Below, piece by piece: positions 8,500 to 16,855 of a stretch of 64,000 nucleotides of DNA. The position numbers and the translations under genes are program-made. Below the pieces are notes generated by a model that saw only the letters and a program-made list of their open reading frames with translations, searched no databases and was not told the DNA's origin. The stretch spans positions 11,651-75,650 of the forward strand of contig CASIAW010000012.1 of NCBI GenBank assembly GCA_949372875.1, given 5' to 3'. Position 1 is the first letter of the stretch. The number at the start of each line of letters is the position of its first letter. The stretch is from Candidatus Poseidoniaceae archaeon. Lineage in GTDB: Archaea > Thermoplasmatota > Poseidoniia > Poseidoniales > Poseidoniaceae.

Positions 8500-9528
8500 T
8501 CATTGGCAAAGTTGCCGTATGAAGAATTCTTTCCCACGTAGCATAGCATCAGAGCGTGCGGCAGGATTGCCTTCCACATGAGCGCCTCTGATACGAAGTA
8601 TGCGGATGACCCATCGACGCTGCCAACGCTGATTCAATGGCAAACGGATGCCGAGGAACAGCTCTCCTGACATGTTACCCTTCGTGTCAATTCGAGCAGT
8701 TCGTTTTTTCAGATGTACAGCCTTTGGCAGGTGAGTGTAGTCTAATTCGCTATCGAAAGAGTGCTGCCCACCTTGATAGACATGCAAAGTAGCATTTGGA
8801 AGCTGCGGGAGGAGGCTCTCTACGAAATGTAGAGGCGTCCAGTCATCAGCGTCACCGTGGAGAATCAAAATAGGTGAGTTCGACCATTCTTGAATCTCAG
8901 GACGCAGATGGGCTGCTGGGTAAAACGGCAGATGGGCATCAAATGGAGTGCCGAGAATATCTGTTATCGGAGACCATGCCGAATACAACGCTACTGTACC
9001 ACCAAGGCTCCACCCCGAGATTCCAATCTTCCCAATTCGAGGGTCTTGTTCGAGCAACGAACGGATTCTAAATGCGTCAACGAGCATCATTGCATGGGTG
9101 ACTGAAAGTTGGTCATCAACCGTAGAATCAATAGATCGTGAGAGGAATGAATTGACCTTACAAACAGCTAAACCCGCATCGAGCCAACCATTGACATGGT
9201 CTTGGTGGTGAGATGCCCACCCCATGCTTCCATGAAGAGCAATGACGCATCCGAAAGGTCCTGTACCCTCTGGCAGATACAGTTCTGCATCTACAGTTAT
9301 TTCTGGAGTTTTTTCCAAACCTGTGAGTATGTGATGAATCTCAAATGGGGAACGCGATTGGACTTGAAGCAGTTCGACCATGTCATTAGCATAACATACC
9401 TCACTTAAGTTGGTTCTTTCAAGACCCGTTTGATTCATACTGACGGCACCCATTGATTCATCCTGCACACATGGGCTCCCACGCGTTCCAATTTGTAATG
9501 TATCTTTGGAAATATTTTTCCGATTCAT
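8500..9528 (-). CDS. Alpha/beta hydrolase (dienelactone hydrolase / prolyl oligopeptidase-like)
   Basis: Nucleophile elbow GISGWSLGG, ILILHGDADDWTP and a later His (GGQHSF) fit the catalytic triad order Ser-Asp-His. Confidence 0.7.
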   Translation of the reverse strand: MNRKNISKDTLQIGTRGSPCVQDESMGAVSMNQTGLERTNLSEVCYANDMVELLQVQSRSPFEIHHILTGLEKTPEITVDAELYLPEGTGPFGCVIALHGSMGWASHHQDHVNGWLDAGLAVCKVNSFLSRSIDSTVDDQLSVTHAMMLVDAFRIRSLLEQDPRIGKIGISGWSLGGTVALYSAWSPITDILGTPFDAHLPFYPAAHLRPEIQEWSNSPILILHGDADDWTPLHFVESLLPQLPNATLHVYQGGQHSFDSELDYTHLPKAVHLKKRTARIDTKGNMSGELFLGIRLPLNQRWQRRWVIRILRIRGAHVEGNPAARSDAMLRGKEFFIRQLCQ

Positions 9529-9543
9529 GCCAGTTCGAGAATA

Positions 9544-10548
9544 TTATGATTTTTTAAAAAACCGAGGGATAAGAGCAGGAGTATTCTCTCTATATTTTTG
9601 ATATTCTTGATTCTCGCCCCATTTTTCGAGAGATCGTTTGTCGAGTATGGGGGTTCCACTGATTTTGGTTAACAGAAGATAAATGAATATGGGCGAAACC
9701 CAAGCAACTCTTTCTAGGCCTGTAAAGCAAGATATCCCAAAAAAGGCAATTCCAGTCCACAGAAGAATTTCTCCTAAGTAGTTCGGATGCCTTGAGTAAG
9801 ACCACAAACCACTGTCTATCCATTTGCCATGGTTCTCTGGTTCGGCATTGAATACAGTTTTTTGGTGATCTGCGACGGCTTCAATACCGAATCCGAGTGA
9901 CCATATTGAAAGTCCTATACCATCCCATATCCCTAACGCAGATGTTGAATTTGCTTGACTATTGATTACAATCACAACTATCATTGTTAGGAAAACCCAC
10001 AAGCCTTGAATGGTCCATGGTACGAGAAATCGGATTGGCGAGGTTTTGAGTTGATCGAAGCGTCCATCTTTTCCTGTTCGATGAATACGGATGTAAAGGA
10101 AGAAGGAAAGACGTAAAGACCAGATGACAACAAGTATACTTACGATTAATTCCCTTAAACTTGGAGGTTCGGATTGTGATCCTGCCCAAAGGCTGAATAT
10201 TACGACGGTGACATATGTTAACCCGCCCGTTAAATCATAGAAGCGTTCCGATTTCATGATTGATGCGGGTATCCATGCAATCCATTGTATGCCGATACAA
10301 ATCACAGCGCAATAGAGTACAGCAGAGTATTCATTCAAAACGACTGAATTTTTTCCAACAGCACGAACCATCAAAAATAAAATGATAAACACGGATGATA
10401 CGACTATCGATGTTAGTCGCAAATCTTGGCGAGTAAAATCCATTGCTCTCGACATTTCCACTATCAGCATATTGTTAATGATTCTGCTTATAACGCTCCA
10501 TGAAAAATGCTTACAGAGTGCCCTTCGATTGGCTATCCCGGCAGGCAT
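9544..10548 (-). CDS. DUF1295 / steroid 5-alpha-reductase-like polytopic membrane protein
   Basis: C-terminal signature WSYSRHPNYLGEILLWTGIAFF and multiple TM segments. The likely true start is an internal ATG (10470 or 10455). Confidence 0.7.
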   Translation of the reverse strand: MPAGIANRRALCKHFSWSVISRIINNMLIVEMSRAMDFTRQDLRLTSIVVSSVFIILFLMVRAVGKNSVVLNEYSAVLYCAVICIGIQWIAWIPASIMKSERFYDLTGGLTYVTVVIFSLWAGSQSEPPSLRELIVSILVVIWSLRLSFFLYIRIHRTGKDGRFDQLKTSPIRFLVPWTIQGLWVFLTMIVVIVINSQANSTSALGIWDGIGLSIWSLGFGIEAVADHQKTVFNAEPENHGKWIDSGLWSYSRHPNYLGEILLWTGIAFFGISCFTGLERVAWVSPIFIYLLLTKISGTPILDKRSLEKWGENQEYQKYRENTPALIPRFFKKS

Positions 10549-10702
10549 TACTTGGAATTACCAACTTATCTCGACACAGCTTGTCAAGATGGAATAAAGT
10601 CATATGAGGACGGAAATAAAGAGAGATGAGTCCAGCGTAATAACTGAATTCTTCACAAATGACGTATCAAGAAATGAACCTTCACTTTGATATACTGTCA
10701 AT

Positions 10703-12121
10703 TTGTGGGTCAAACAAGTGTTTTGGAAAAAAAGGAACCGGCAAGCCGCCCCCGAATTGGGCGACTCCCCGGTATTGGTTTTCCTCGATGCAGAAAATGC
10801 CCAAGCCTCACCCGATGAGATAAGAGACAAGATAACCACCCATTCCGGAAAGGCGCCGACCAAAATGGTCGCGTATTCCAAATGGAGTGCAAACAGTCCG
10901 AATCTCAAAAAGGTTAGAGACGCAGGCTTTCGATGCATCCAGGCCGATACTGGAGAAAATAACGCAGACATCATGATGTGTTTAGACGCATATGAGGAAG
11001 TAAGAGACCGCCTTGAAAAAGGAGAAAGTGGAACAGTATATGTTTGCTTTCATGGTGATAAGGGATTTACCCACTTACTTGAGAAAATTAAGGCTCTACA
11101 AGGTTGGAAGTCAGTATGGGTGACATCGAATACGCGAACGGTCAAGATGATTGAAAATTCAGCATCTGAGCGTTTGCTCATCACTCGAGTTCAGCCAGCA
11201 AAGAAACAGCCAGCAAAGAAACAGCCAGCAAAGAAACAGGCAGCAAAGAAACAGCCTGCAAAGCAACAGCCTGCAAAGCAACAACCTGTAAAGAAACAGC
11301 CTGAGCCGAAGCAGCCTGCAAAGAAACAGTCTGAGCCGAAGCAGCCAGTAACCATTCATTCCGCCAAAGAAGCAAAGCCGAATTGGTTGGAAAAGAAGGA
11401 TTATGAACTCTTGAAATCGGAAATAATTTCTGTAGCAACAGAACCCATGTCAATTGGTCAGCTAGGCTCGCGACTTACACTTTCTTTGAAAGAGAAGTAT
11501 GGGAAAGGGATGACTGCGAAGAAGTTTACACACGAACGTGGTATCCCTAAAAGCTGGAGTCTCGCAAAAATATTCCGACGGTATTTGGCAGGCGATTATT
11601 CTATAGAAGAAAAGCAGAGTAATCCTCTCGTATCTCCGTTGAATCCTGTGAAGGCCGTAAGGGAAAAATCGAATATTCTAACTTCGGAAAAAGTTGGACT
11701 CACCCAGGAACCAGATAATCTCATGAGGATTCCAGGCTTTTCAAAGGCAGGCCGAGGTGGAAGCGAATTCAGTATTCGAATGCCGTTTGACCCCGAGAAA
11801 GTTCAAGGGTTACTGCAATTCATTGAACAGAATCGTAATACTTGTATGACGTGGACTGAACTTAAGAAATTGGTATTGGAAAGTCAAATCGATTCCAAGA
11901 GTAGAACTGAACCAGTGTACCGCTTTTATCGAAGAAGCTTAGACCAAATGGGGAGGGACATCGACTGGACACAGATCGGTACGCCGATTAAGATGGCTGG
12001 CTTAATCGAGGAATGCATATTGGAATTGTATACTCAAAAAGAAGGATTACAAAAGTTCAACACGGCCGAAATACGAACGGCTATTGGGACTTACTTTACT
12101 TCAGTCAAACAAAACATGTGA
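10703..12121 (+). CDS. NYN (LabA-like) nuclease-domain protein with a QPAKK repeat spacer and a putative OST-HTH/LOTUS region
   Basis: VLVFLDAENA...MVAYSKW...GENNADIMMCLDAYE...VCFHGDKGFTHLLEKIKALQG follows the NYN consensus. Then ten pentapeptide repeats, then MSIGQLGSRLTLSLKEKYGKGMTAKKF...LAKIFRRYL (OST-HTH-like). Start is TTG 10703 or GTG 10718. Confidence 0.65.
   Translation: MWVKQVFWKKRNRQAAPELGDSPVLVFLDAENAQASPDEIRDKITTHSGKAPTKMVAYSKWSANSPNLKKVRDAGFRCIQADTGENNADIMMCLDAYEEVRDRLEKGESGTVYVCFHGDKGFTHLLEKIKALQGWKSVWVTSNTRTVKMIENSASERLLITRVQPAKKQPAKKQPAKKQAAKKQPAKQQPAKQQPVKKQPEPKQPAKKQSEPKQPVTIHSAKEAKPNWLEKKDYELLKSEIISVATEPMSIGQLGSRLTLSLKEKYGKGMTAKKFTHERGIPKSWSLAKIFRRYLAGDYSIEEKQSNPLVSPLNPVKAVREKSNILTSEKVGLTQEPDNLMRIPGFSKAGRGGSEFSIRMPFDPEKVQGLLQFIEQNRNTCMTWTELKKLVLESQIDSKSRTEPVYRFYRRSLDQMGRDIDWTQIGTPIKMAGLIEECILELYTQKEGLQKFNTAEIRTAIGTYFTSVKQNM
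11192..11350 (+). repeat. About 10 tandem 15-bp units (cagccagcaaagaaa and variants) encoding QPAKK/QPAKQ/QPEPK
   Basis: Read directly. The first three units (11192, 11207, 11222) are identical and later units diverge. Confidence 0.9.
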
Positions 12122-12201
12122 TTCACTCACTCCTTTGCGAAGTTTGCCAAGGAGGTGGATATTCCAACAGAATCTAAGGCTGGCTTGGTTAGTATTCCTT
12201 T

Positions 12202-12576
12202 ATGGAAGGAAAGTCTGTTGATCAGTGGATGGCTCATGAGGCTGAAAATGAATGGGAAGTCATGATGAAGAAAATCGCTGTTTTTCATGAGAAGCACAAG
12301 TTCGAAGAAAACAACGGTCACGACATGGGTTACCGTATCGCACTTACTGTCGAAGAATTGGGAGAGTTCGCTGCTGCAGTTACCAAGGGTAAACCTCTTG
12401 CTGACTGTGCCGAAGAAATGGCGGATATTCTTCTGTTATTAATGGGTCATTCTCTGGCAATGGAAATTGATTTGAAAGCGGCTTTTGAAGAAAAATATAC
12501 GAAGATTATGCAACGCCCATCCCGTCAGGGGCGTTTGGGATTACGAGTCACTGAATACAATCCTGGGGATGAATAA
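12202..12576 (+). CDS. MazG-like nucleoside triphosphate pyrophosphohydrolase
   Basis: EELGEFAAAV....ADCAEEMADILLLLMGHSLAMEIDLKAAFEEKYTKIMQR shows the all-alpha MazG EExxE/D metal-binding pattern. Confidence 0.7.
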   Translation: MEGKSVDQWMAHEAENEWEVMMKKIAVFHEKHKFEENNGHDMGYRIALTVEELGEFAAAVTKGKPLADCAEEMADILLLLMGHSLAMEIDLKAAFEEKYTKIMQRPSRQGRLGLRVTEYNPGDE

Positions 12577-13044
12577 CTACCGTATCCAGTGTTGGAATAT
12601 CATGTTGTGCTCGTCTCGTGGACCAGCATCTACAAATCGTTCACCAATCATGTGAAATCCTTCACCTTCCATTGAAGGAGCAAAGGCATCTGCGTCTTCA
12701 ACTTCAGTATCGATAATGGTCTTGTGAATTTCTTTGGTATGCTCCAAGAATAATGTGTAAATCTCTCCACCACCAATAATTAGAACTTCTTCTGATGCAC
12801 CCATCTCGAGAATTTCTTCATAAGACATGACTTCAATATCGTCACGAGGAGATCTTGAGAGTACAATGTGTCGCCGACCTGGTAATTTCCCTGGCAGGCT
12901 TTCCCACGTTTTGCGGCCCATGACCATCGTTTTTGACATCGTGATGCGCTTGAAGTGTTGTAAATCTGAAGATTGACGCCATGGCAAGTCTCCATCTTTG
13001 CCGATGGCTCCGTTCAAATCACATGCAAAAATCATTGTGAACAT
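12577..13044 (-). CDS. folA: Dihydrofolate reductase
   Basis: MIFACDLNGAIGKDGDLPWRQSSDLQHFKRITMSKTMVMGRKTWESLPGKLPGRRHIVLSR...LIIGGGEIY is the classical DHFR pattern. Confidence 0.9.
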   Translation of the reverse strand: MFTMIFACDLNGAIGKDGDLPWRQSSDLQHFKRITMSKTMVMGRKTWESLPGKLPGRRHIVLSRSPRDDIEVMSYEEILEMGASEEVLIIGGGEIYTLFLEHTKEIHKTIIDTEVEDADAFAPSMEGEGFHMIGERFVDAGPRDEHNMIFQHWIR

Positions 13045-13054
13045 CGAATCAACC

Positions 13055-13849
13055 TCACACTGCTATTGGTGCCGAAATATGTGGATGATGCTCATATCCA
13101 ATAACTTCAATGTCCTCAAAAGTGAACGAATCTATCGTCGTGCAGTTCGGATTGAGTTTAAGCGTTGGTAGTTGCAACGGCTCACGTGAAATCTGTAATT
13201 TCGATTGTTCGAGGTGATTCGTATACAGGTGTGCATCACCAAGGGTGTGGACAAACGTTCCCGCTTTGAGGTCGCAGATTTGTGCCATCATATGAGTTAG
13301 CAGAGCGTATGATGCAATATTGAAAGGTACTCCAAGAAAAACATCTGCACTGCGCTGATAAAGTTGGCAGTTGAGTTTCCCGTTGGCAACATGGAATTGG
13401 AAAAAGGCGTGACAAGGCATTAACGCCATCTCATCAAGTTCGCCAACGTTCCATGCAGATACAATGATTCGGCGGCTGTTCGGGTTGTTCTTAATCATGT
13501 CAATTGCCTGTTCGACTTGGTCGATAATCCGCCCATCATTCGCCTCCCACTTGCGCCATTGTTTTCCATAAACCGGTCCCAAATCGCCGTGTTCATCAGC
13601 CCACTCATTCCATATTCGTACGCCGTTTTCTTGCAAATATTTGACGTTCGTATCACCTTTGAGGAACCAAAGTAATTCGTGGACAATGGAACGTAGATGG
13701 AGTTTTTTGGTTGTGACCATTGGGAATCCGTCTGCAAGGTCAAAACGCATCTGGTGGCCAAATACCGACAGTGTTCCTGTTCCGGTTCTGTCACCCTTTT
13801 CTTCACCTTCGTCAAGAATACGCTGAATGAGTTCGTGGTAGACTTTCAT
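13055..13849 (-). CDS. thyA: Thymidylate synthase ThyA
   Basis: [65 protein letters not shown]...MALMPCH..FQF. The internal ATG at 13849 gives the canonical 264 aa. Confidence 0.95.
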   Translation of the reverse strand: MKVYHELIQRILDEGEEKGDRTGTGTLSVFGHQMRFDLADGFPMVTTKKLHLRSIVHELLWFLKGDTNVKYLQENGVRIWNEWADEHGDLGPVYGKQWRKWEANDGRIIDQVEQAIDMIKNNPNSRRIIVSAWNVGELDEMALMPCHAFFQFHVANGKLNCQLYQRSADVFLGVPFNIASYALLTHMMAQICDLKAGTFVHTLGDAHLYTNHLEQSKLQISREPLQLPTLKLNPNCTTIDSFTFEDIEVIGYEHHPHISAPIAV

Positions 13850-13908
13850 TGAGGCACCAACTGCTTGTCGCAACCGACAGCACTTGAGCATTCTTGATTG
13901 ATTTTTTC

Positions 13909-14583
13909 TCAAGCAGTGATGAAAAGGGAATCACATGCTTCATCAGGATCTGCAAGGTATCGTTCTATTTCGTTCGCTGTATAAGTTGAAAGTAAGGGTG
14001 CAAGAGTTTCTCGAACTTTCTCAACAGTCCAGGACCGACACACATACCATCTTCTTGCCATTTGAGTAAGAACTGAGATTGAGGCATGCGTTATTCCGGC
14101 TGAATTGAGTTGCTCAGCATTCTGTATTTCCTCAAAGTCGTGCGGCAGCAGTTGAGAACAATCCTCCATAGTATAGGTCCCGGATTGCAATGCTTTTTCG
14201 CAAAGGGTTGCAGGGGTTGCATTAATTGGCCAACCTGCGATTCCGAGTAGTGCAAGCGATACAATAGAATCTGTTGCTGGCGTTTCAATACCTTTCTCGT
14301 CTTTGAGCACACACACACGGACTTGGGACATGTAAATTGAAAGGTGAGGGTCGTCATCGATTAATTGACTTTGAATACATTGGAATATGTCGATGAGAAT
14401 TGTCGGACCATCATCATTGGAGCAGAGAAATGGTTTTTCTGAACTTAGGTTGAAACTCCACACGGGGGTGGCGTTGACAATTGAACAAAGTAACTCAAGG
14501 CCCCGAAGTTCAGCTTTGAGTTTATCATGGCGATACAATCCATCCAAAAGCAAGGTGCCAAGTTGAGTCTCTATACGCTCCAC
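13909..14583 (-). CDS. Hypothetical protein (224 aa), co-directional and immediately upstream of thyA-folA
   Basis: Long ATG ORF with ordinary composition and no recognisable motif. Confidence 0.5.
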   Translation of the reverse strand: MERIETQLGTLLLDGLYRHDKLKAELRGLELLCSIVNATPVWSFNLSSEKPFLCSNDDGPTILIDIFQCIQSQLIDDDPHLSIYMSQVRVCVLKDEKGIETPATDSIVSLALLGIAGWPINATPATLCEKALQSGTYTMEDCSQLLPHDFEEIQNAEQLNSAGITHASISVLTQMARRWYVCRSWTVEKVRETLAPLLSTYTANEIERYLADPDEACDSLFITA

Positions 14584-14612
14584 GTAGGGTTGAGTCTTCT
14601 ACACTACATCAA

Positions 14613-15446
14613 CTATGGAGCGCCGAGTGCAGAAAGACTCCCCATTAATTGGTCTGTAAACTTTCTATAGAGTGTGGAAAGTGAGGCGCGAATTTCGTGT
14701 TCCTCTTTCTTGGAAAGCAACAGGAGTGACGCTGCATCCATGTTGCCACCGTTGACATGTTCAAGCCATTCCATCCACGTAATGCCTTGCCCTGCGCAAA
14801 GCGTAATCCGCCTCCAGATTCGTGGGACTTTGTGGTCTTGGGGCGTCATCATCTTACGAGTGCCAAGCAGGGCAATCGGCACAACGACTGCATCCGGATA
14901 AGATGCGGCAAGACGTGCAGTGCCGGTTTTACCTGGTAAGAGAAACGGTTTTTCAGTGCGCTTGGAACGGGTACCTTCGGGGAAAATTCCGAGCGCTTGT
15001 CCAGAACTGAGTACGTCTGCTGCACTCGAAAGTGCTCCTTGTCCCCCTTTGTCACGCTTTGTTTCAATTTGTCCGGTAGCACGCATAGCGGCCCCCATGA
15101 CGGCGTTCTTGAAGTGTCCATCTTTTGCTAAATAGTGCGTAGTTCTTCGCGCTGATGCTATCACGAAGATGGGGTCGACATGTGAAAGGTGATTAGCGGC
15201 AAGAATTACAGAACCCTTCCGTGGGATGTTATGGATTCCGAGCATCTTGGCATTCATTATTGGCCGTAAAAACGGTGATAAAAACATGCGAAGAAAACTG
15301 TAACTCGGAGTTTTCGGTAAGGGTTGTCCAGTCGTTGGAATAAGCCAATGCTCTTCCAGAGATTGCCATGCTTCAACAAGCGACGTTGCCTTAGACATAA
15401 AAAAATCCAACGCCACTCTTGTTTTGAGTGTTACCATCTCTTTCAT
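14613..15446 (-). CDS. 1-acyl-sn-glycerol-3-phosphate acyltransferase family protein (PlsC-type)
   Basis: Acyltransferase motif I ILAANHLSHVDPIF (HX4D) and motif III IFPEGTRSK, with a hydrophobic N-terminal region. Confidence 0.75.
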   Translation of the reverse strand: MKEMVTLKTRVALDFFMSKATSLVEAWQSLEEHWLIPTTGQPLPKTPSYSFLRMFLSPFLRPIMNAKMLGIHNIPRKGSVILAANHLSHVDPIFVIASARRTTHYLAKDGHFKNAVMGAAMRATGQIETKRDKGGQGALSSAADVLSSGQALGIFPEGTRSKRTEKPFLLPGKTGTARLAASYPDAVVVPIALLGTRKMMTPQDHKVPRIWRRITLCAGQGITWMEWLEHVNGGNMDAASLLLLSKKEEHEIRASLSTLYRKFTDQLMGSLSALGAP

Positions 15447-15531
15447 TCGAGGAGGCTACTTTTCAGACCCTAAGTCCTCATCCATAGGAACTTGTCCAAA
15501 GTATCAAAAAACCCCGCAGGTAGCCACAGCC

Positions 15532-16803
15532 ATGGCACCTGCGCGAAACTCGGCTTTCGTTCGGAGCCTCACTCTCGCAATACTTGTTTGTCTTCTCTCT
15601 TCGACCTTTAGCCATGCTGCAGTTGCGGATATTGATTGGGAGGAAGATGGTTGGTTGAGGACCGCTCTTGCACAAGAGCGTCTTGATTCTGGTGATGAAT
15701 TTGGCTGCTATGGTATGCCAAACATCGCTTGGAGTGCAGATCCTGGTGCCGTCGCTCTTGAATGCAGGGAATACCTCTCGCAACGAGTGAAAGCCAGTCA
15801 GTGGGGTGACAATGCACTTTCCACGTTTACACCTGATGGGCTCACGATGCGTCAACACAACTCAATCGCCTCTCAAGGCTTTACTGTTCACGGGGATGTG
15901 AATGGCCTGACTACATCCGCTTGGCATAATGCGACAGATGTTCCTCAAGACGACTGGGATTGGTATAATCTCGGAAGACGTGGAGGAAGTCTTGAACAAA
16001 TAATCGGTTCGAAAGAGCAGGTTCAGACGGCTGTTGAAGAAGGTGGTCTTGTTAATTTGTATTGGGTTGGCCGGATGAATGACGCCACGATTCGCCACGA
16101 ACGTGATATCACTGGTTACCTCAATGATGAGGCTCAGGCATGGATGACGACATGGGGTGAGGCTTGGTCTTACTGGACAGTTCATGATTGCCATGATACT
16201 TCCTTCTCAACTGAAACTGTCGATAATCAAACCATCATCCAATTTGTTTCCCTGATTACAGAGGGCTGTTCAGCAGTAACCCCACTGGCTTGGAATGTTC
16301 CAGTCACCTATATTCTTGATGTTCAAGGAATGGAGGTTGTTGAAGTTCGCGATTCTAATTCAACATTCAATAATCTTGAAGGAGTGAAAAAGACCGCAGA
16401 AGGATACACGCAGAATGGCTCTGGAAATCTCCACCTCTCGGTAACACGGGGCCATGAAGTTACGATTACAGTAAATGGGACAATTGATTTCGATGTTCTT
16501 GGTCGTTCCCAATTTTGGAATAACTATTCTGCTGCTGTTACGATTGCAGCTCACGATACAACGGATTTGTTCAAGTGGTCAAAGCGGTTTAGTGAGGACA
16601 CTCAACTCGTGTTCACATGGTTGGTCCAACCACGTGACGGTATTGGAGAATCAGGATGGTTGGCGGTCTTAGCTCTTGTCGTAGCAGTTTCAACGATTAC
16701 TGGTATGATGTATATACTGAAAAAAGAGGGCTTAGGACCGTTTGCTGAAAAGACTCCTCGCCGACCAAACCCCTCTTCTGAATCGAAGTTTGAAGTCGAA
16801 TAA
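15532..16803 (+). CDS. Secreted protein with C-terminal TM anchor, unknown function
   Basis: The ATG at 15532 gives signal peptide MAPARNSAFVRSLTLAILVCLLSSTFSHA. C-terminal TM WLAVLALVVAVSTITGMMYIL followed by KKEG... Confidence 0.55.
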   Translation: MAPARNSAFVRSLTLAILVCLLSSTFSHAAVADIDWEEDGWLRTALAQERLDSGDEFGCYGMPNIAWSADPGAVALECREYLSQRVKASQWGDNALSTFTPDGLTMRQHNSIASQGFTVHGDVNGLTTSAWHNATDVPQDDWDWYNLGRRGGSLEQIIGSKEQVQTAVEEGGLVNLYWVGRMNDATIRHERDITGYLNDEAQAWMTTWGEAWSYWTVHDCHDTSFSTETVDNQTIIQFVSLITEGCSAVTPLAWNVPVTYILDVQGMEVVEVRDSNSTFNNLEGVKKTAEGYTQNGSGNLHLSVTRGHEVTITVNGTIDFDVLGRSQFWNNYSAAVTIAAHDTTDLFKWSKRFSEDTQLVFTWLVQPRDGIGESGWLAVLALVVAVSTITGMMYILKKEGLGPFAEKTPRRPNPSSESKFEVE

Positions 16804-16855
16804 GGGCGAAGACTTGATGGCATAAGCATCTCACCCATGAGATGGAGATAGCCAA

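Noticed and set aside
9544-10700. Apparently AT-richer stretch around the DUF1295 gene as a horizontally acquired island
   Set aside because: Hand counts of individual 60-nt lines ranged from 28% to 45% GC. That is not clearly outside the window's variation, and I cannot compute it properly here. There are no flanking repeats, integrase or tRNA.
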